A stretch of 64,000 bases of DNA, taken from positions 64,001 to 128,000 of the forward strand of contig CAVSQB010000018.1 in assembly GCA_963729895.1 (NCBI GenBank), read 5' to 3'. The DNA is from an uncultured Fibrobacterota bacterium. GTDB lineage: Bacteria; Fibrobacterota; Chitinivibrionia; Chitinivibrionales; FEN-1185. The notes beneath the pieces were generated by a model. That model was not told the origin of the DNA. It saw nothing but the letters and a program-made list of their open reading frames with translations, and made no database searches. A program made the translations under genes and the position numbers. Shown here one piece after another: positions 59,794 through 64,000 of the stretch (its first letter is position 1; every line of letters starts with the position of its first letter).

Positions 59794-60549
59794 TTACTTT
59801 GCGGGCAATTTCGATTTCAGGAGTTGTGCCTTTCTCAGAATGGCCTCGTCTTTGGTCTGGTGCAGCAGTTCCTCAAGGACCGATGCCGCCTCGGACGCCC
59901 TGTTTGTCTTCTCCAGGTCTTCTGCCGTGCCCAACAGGGCCAAGGGGACAAACTTGCTTTGCGGATATTCGTCGATCACCACTTTGTAATAGACGATTGC
60001 TGCCTCATACTGCTCTATTCTCTCGTAGAAACGGGCGTTCTCAAATTCCTTTTCCGCAAATTTTGCGTCCGCCTTGTCAATATACGCGCGAGCGCTGTCG
60101 GCAAACGGGCTCCTGGGAAACAGCTCCACGAAATCCTTGAGCCGTGTCTGGGCTTCTTTCGTCGAGGTCTGGTCGAGCTCTATTGAATGTGACGAAAGGA
60201 ACATTGTGTAACCGACAAGATAGTACGATTCCTCGTAAAACGGCGAGCTGGGGTAGGTCTGAACAATGCGGTCAAATTCCGTTTTCGCCTCGTCGTTCTT
60301 TTTGAGCGCGAGCAGGGACTTCGCCTGGTAATACAGCATCGAATCGTACGCGTTGTGGCCAGGGCACTGGGCGAGGACCTCGGCAAGAATGTTGGTGACG
60401 TCGTAATACTTCTTCTTGTTGTACTTTTCAACAGCCTTAGCAAGCTGGCCACTGCAGTCAAACAGTTTTTTCGGCTTCGCTGATGCCGAAACCGCAATGA
60501 CTGCGGCAAGCAGCAGGGAAAGAAGAATCCGACTTCCGGATGTTCGCAT
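59794..60549 (-). CDS. bamD: Outer membrane protein assembly factor BamD
   Basis: TPR pattern, YPSSPF, DQTST.EA, AEKEF..ARFY. Confidence 0.85.
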   Translation of the reverse strand: MRTSGSRILLSLLLAAVIAVSASAKPKKLFDCSGQLAKAVEKYNKKKYYDVTNILAEVLAQCPGHNAYDSMLYYQAKSLLALKKNDEAKTEFDRIVQTYPSSPFYEESYYLVGYTMFLSSHSIELDQTSTKEAQTRLKDFVELFPRSPFADSARAYIDKADAKFAEKEFENARFYERIEQYEAAIVYYKVVIDEYPQSKFVPLALLGTAEDLEKTNRASEAASVLEELLHQTKDEAILRKAQLLKSKLPAK

Positions 60550-60874
60550 CGTTATTCCTGTTTTGTTAAGAATCGCAGGGCCGCCGGGGGAAGCCTTCGA
60601 ACCGATACTTTCTTCCAAAATACTTTGTATCCCGGGGAAGTAGTAAGAAGTGGTTTATGGGGTGCAGAAAAACAAGCGCATGCGGAGCGCATATCGGGCT
60701 TGATCCGAGCGTTACCGGCTTTATCGGCACGACGCATCGGCTTTGTCGACAGATTCCTTGAAGGCGCCTGCACAAGGAGGTATTTTCAAACAAGTTGCGC
60801 ATTACATCTTTTTGCGGTTTTCCAGATGCTCGCAACCGTATGCGTACTGCGGGAGACTGCTTCTTGCGGAAATA

Positions 60875-63479
60875 ATGATCCTTTACCGATATATTGTCCG
60901 TGAACATATCCTCCCGTTCTTCTATTCTCTCGGGATTCTCATCTTCATTTTCGCGATGCAACTTGCGGTGCAGCTCCTGCCGAGCATTATCGCCAAGGGG
61001 CTCAACCCGGGCGTTGTCTTCGAAATCTTCCTTATCAACATTGCCTGGGTGGTGGCGCTGGCGATTCCCATGTCGATTCTCGTGTCCACGCTCATGGCGT
61101 TCGGCCAGATGTCCGGCGATAACGAGATCATGGCGATCAAGGCATCGGGCCACAATCTGACTTTTCTGCTGACGCCGGTGCTTGCGGGCGCATGCGTGTT
61201 TACCGTTCTCACCATCTATTTCAATAACGACATATTGCCGGACGCAAACCACCGCGCCGCAAACCTTCTCACCGATATCTCGCGAAAGAAGCCGGCCGCC
61301 CTTGTGGAGCCGGGCGTGCTTATTACCTCCTTCGAGAACTATGCTTTGTTTGTCAAGAAGGTGAACGCAAGGTCCGGTGAACTCAAAGATGTCAAAATCT
61401 TCTCCCAGGTTCCCGGCGAAGACCCCTCGACGACGGTGGCCGAGCGCGGCGAGCTGTCATTGACAAAAGACGAGAAGTTGCTCAGGCTCACCCTGTACAA
61501 CGGCGAGACCCACCGGCAGAGCTCAAAGAACAAAAAGGAGTATTTTGTGTGCCGGTTCCGCACGCAGGTATCCTTTATCAAGAACGTGGACACCGAGCTG
61601 AAGCGCACAAACAGTACCTATCGCGGCGAGCGCGAGAATGAGCTCTCAGATGATGCTCGCGGAAGTCGCCCAATATACGCAATCAAAGGAGAGCTACCTC
61701 AAAAGCTTCGGCCTGATCATCGACACGACGCTGGCAAACATCGACTCTCTTGAGCAGCTTGCCGCGCATCGCGATTTTTTTACGCAAAAGGACTCGGCAG
61801 CGGACTCGACCCGCACTTTTGCAGCATGGCTCTCGTCATTCTCCGCCCCCAACTCCCACGAAATCGCGGCATCGGAGGCGCGGCGCGAAACGAGCGTGAC
61901 CGGCCGCCTTGTTTCGCAACTCAAGTATGAGGAAATGAAAATAAGCCAGCTTATGGTTGAGGTGCATAAGAAGTTTTCGATCCCGGTTGCCTGCATTGTG
62001 TTCGTGCTCATCGGCGCGCCCCTCGGCATCATGGCCAAACGCGGCGGCATCATGGTAGGTGCCGCGTACAGCCTGTTCTTCTTTATTGTCTACTGGGCCT
62101 TTCTCATCGGCGGCGAATCGCTTGCCGACAACTGCGTCATTTCCCCGTTTGCCGCCATGTGGACGGCGAACATCGTGATCGGTGTGTGCGGACTATTCCT
62201 GCTCTTTCTCATGACGAAAGAAACGAAGTTCATCTCGTTTTCGTTCCTTGTGAGGTTCTACCATTCTGTGTTCGGCAGACCCGCGCAGGCTGCCCGGCAC
62301 GATCCGCCGCGGGGCGTTGTTGCAGGCCTGCGTGCCGCCGTGGCGGGATGCGTCAATTACCCGTATCGTCTGATGAGCAGAATCATCGGTATTCTGTCCG
62401 CCTATCTCATCCGCAAATTCGTCGGATATTTCGGCGGGCTGTTTATTGTTATCGTGATCGTCTTCGTGATAGTTGACTACGTTTCCAATCTCAGGCGGTT
62501 CGAGGGCGCGTCGTTCTTCACTGTGGCGCTTTTCTACTGGTATTACCTGCCGTGGCTTTTCGGCTTTGTCTTCCCTATTGTCATCCTGCTGTCGACCATG
62601 TCGGCAATCGGGTCCATGGCGCGCCAGAACGAACTCACCGCCATCAAGGCCGCAGGCGTCAATGTCCGGCAGCTTACCACGCCGCTGCTGGTCCTCGGGG
62701 TTCTGCTTGCCGCGTTCGGATTTTTCATAAGCGAGGGGGTGCTTCCAAAGGCGAACACGGCGAGGCGTGAACTCACCGAGCAGATGGGCCAGGACAAGGC
62801 GGTGCAGGCGCACGGTTCTTCCCCGGCGTCTCCGCAGGAATACCGCCGCAATTTTTACTACTTCGGCGACCCCAGGAACATTTATTTCTTCGGGGATTTC
62901 AGGACCGAGCCTCTGTATGCCAGGAACGTGTGGCGCGAGACCTTTGACGGCCCGATTATCATATCGAGGATTACCGCCGACGCCGCTGATTACAGGCACG
63001 GTCGGTGGCTTTTTCTGAACGGCACCAGGAGGACCTTCCGGCGAGACTCCGTTTCCGTATTGACATTCGACACGCTTGTCGATACAATTCTACTGGCGCG
63101 GCCCCAGGACATGGTTGCGCAGATCAGAAGCCCGGAGGAGATGAGCTACTGGGAACTGCAGAGTTTTGTCGACAAAGCCCGACGACGCGGTGAAGACGTG
63201 TCGAAGTGGCGCGCCCAGCTCGACTTCAAGATCGCGCTGCCGTTTTCAATTTGCATTGTGATCCTGCTCGGGATTTCCATTTCGGCCCGGGCCGGAAGAA
63301 AAGGAGGGGCAGTGTTGTTCGGCATCGGCCTCATGCTTTGTTTTTCGTATTGGATCATTTCCCAATTCGCAATTGCATTCGCGCAGAACGGGCAGATGCC
63401 CGCCCTGTTCGGCGCCTGGTTCGGCAACCTGCTTTTTCTCGCGATCGCCCTTCCCTTGTTCAGAAAGGCCTCGCAATGA
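60875..63479 (+). CDS. lptF/lptG: Fused LptF-LptG LPS export permease, with an apparent +1 frameshift at about 61637
   Basis: LptF N-terminus (ILYRYI...NEIMAIKASG) continues in another frame with HKKFSIPVAC and runs without a stop into an LptG unit (ILSAYLIR...NELTAIKAAG...PEEMS). Confidence 0.8.
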
Positions 63480-63859
63480 AAGCGCCGCCCTCCAGGAGAC
63501 GGGTTCTCATCGTGGACGACAACCACGACATTCTCGACCTGCTCGAAGTATTCTTGTTTGGAAAGTACGATATTGTTACCGCGCTCAACGGCTTTGAAGG
63601 CCTCAAGACCGCGCGCGAGATGATGCCCGACCTCATTATCACCGACATCATGATGCCGGTGATGGACGGCATCAAGCTTCTCAACAGCCTGCGCGAAGAC
63701 CCGAAAACGGCCGGGGTTTCCGTTATCGCAATTACCTCGTTTATTAAGAAAGCAAATATCAAGAGCCTTCTTTCCGTGGGGTTTTCAACGGTGATTACCA
63801 AACCCTTCACGAGGGATTCTATCGTGGGCGCCGTGGAAAAGGCGCTTGCAAAACCATAA
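63476..63859 (+). CDS. Single-domain response regulator
   Basis: LIVDD, TDIMMPVMDG, TKP. Confidence 0.9.
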   Translation: MKAPPSRRRVLIVDDNHDILDLLEVFLFGKYDIVTALNGFEGLKTAREMMPDLIITDIMMPVMDGIKLLNSLREDPKTAGVSVIAITSFIKKANIKSLLSVGFSTVITKPFTRDSIVGAVEKALAKP

Positions 63860-64000
63860 CCGGGTGCCGGTGCAACAAAAACGACGAACCATTGCCGGGG
63901 CAATCGCCCTGATCCTTGTCGCGCTCGCCCTCCATGCCGCAGGCGGGGAAGCGGCCGCGCTCGGCGTGCCCGCGGCGCTTGTGACTGCGGCCATTGCTTT

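Overview
Bacterial chromosomal window. A Fibrobacterota/Chitinivibrionia-like origin is inferred from the secreted glycoside hydrolases with T9SS-like C-termini and the gene content; this is not proven. It holds a polysaccharide-degradation cluster (two paralogous outer-membrane proteins flanking GH30 and an (alpha/alpha)6 GH), an intact IS5 with a CTAG duplication, and housekeeping genes (class A PBP, topoisomerase IV-type A/B, purB, HisJ-type PHP, smc, ABC exporters, murJ, GH2, nadD, bamD, fused lptF-lptG). The standout is a precisely bounded 10,922-bp Mu-like transposable element (24674-35595) inserted between the PHP gene and smc. It has a perfect 5-bp target duplication (AAAAC) and TATAA...TTATA ends instead of TG...CA. 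It carries repressor, ner, MuA and MuB genes, a Mor-type activator, only two baseplate genes (in reverse of the Mu order), a possible scaffold-mimic, a Sid/Psu-like coiled-coil protein, a catalytically empty transposase N-terminal paralog and a structured ~260-nt non-coding segment. No capsid, portal, terminase, tail tube/sheath or lysis genes were recognised. I read it as a candidate transposable satellite of a Mu-like phage (inference); the alternative is an internally deleted mini-Mu. Three +1 frameshifts (GT2 at a C10 tract, Zn-dehydrogenase, lptF) may be assembly indels.
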